Under the pieces are notes generated by a model. That model was not told where the DNA came from and searched no databases. It was given only the letters and a program-made list of their open reading frames with translations. A DNA stretch of 64,000 nucleotides from Antedon mediterranea (taxonomy: Eukaryota; Animalia; Echinodermata), in assembly GCF_964355755.1 (NCBI RefSeq), contig NC_092672.1:31998437-32062436 (forward strand), written 5' to 3'. The translations under genes and the position numbers were made by a program. This document shows positions 63,989 to 64,000 of this stretch, one piece after another. Position 1 is the stretch's first letter. The number at the start of each line of letters is the position of its first letter.

Positions 63989-64000
63989 GTATTCTAAAGC

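Overview
AT-rich, intron-rich animal genomic DNA, probably from a marine invertebrate deuterostome such as an echinoderm (inference). All gene models were spliced by hand from GT-AG sites and checked for reading phase; family assignments come from recalled motifs, not database searches. Gene order: CLCN2-like chloride channel (minus, 5' part only), REV1 (plus, complete), p53-family gene of p63/p73 architecture (minus, complete: TAD-DBD-OD-SAM-TID), TTC36 (plus), a disabled partial MTHFR duplicate, MTHFR (plus), SCO1/2 (minus), SRPRB (plus) and a cationic amino acid transporter (plus, runs off the window). Several MITE families, tRNA-derived SINEs and minisatellites fill the introns. The most notable observations: (1) the p53-family gene appears to hide a short alternative last exon giving a p53-like SAM-less isoform, and an internal micro first exon downstream of a p53 response element (DeltaN-like feedback isoform); (2) REV1 has five ubiquitin-binding motifs through a chimeric exon duplication; (3) a perfect DR4 plus four DR1 nuclear-receptor sites sit in an MTHFR intron; (4) a minimal hammerhead ribozyme motif; (5) TAGGCCTA clusters near gene 5' ends; (6) gene content matching the vertebrate 1p36/3q/17p13 p53 paralogon.
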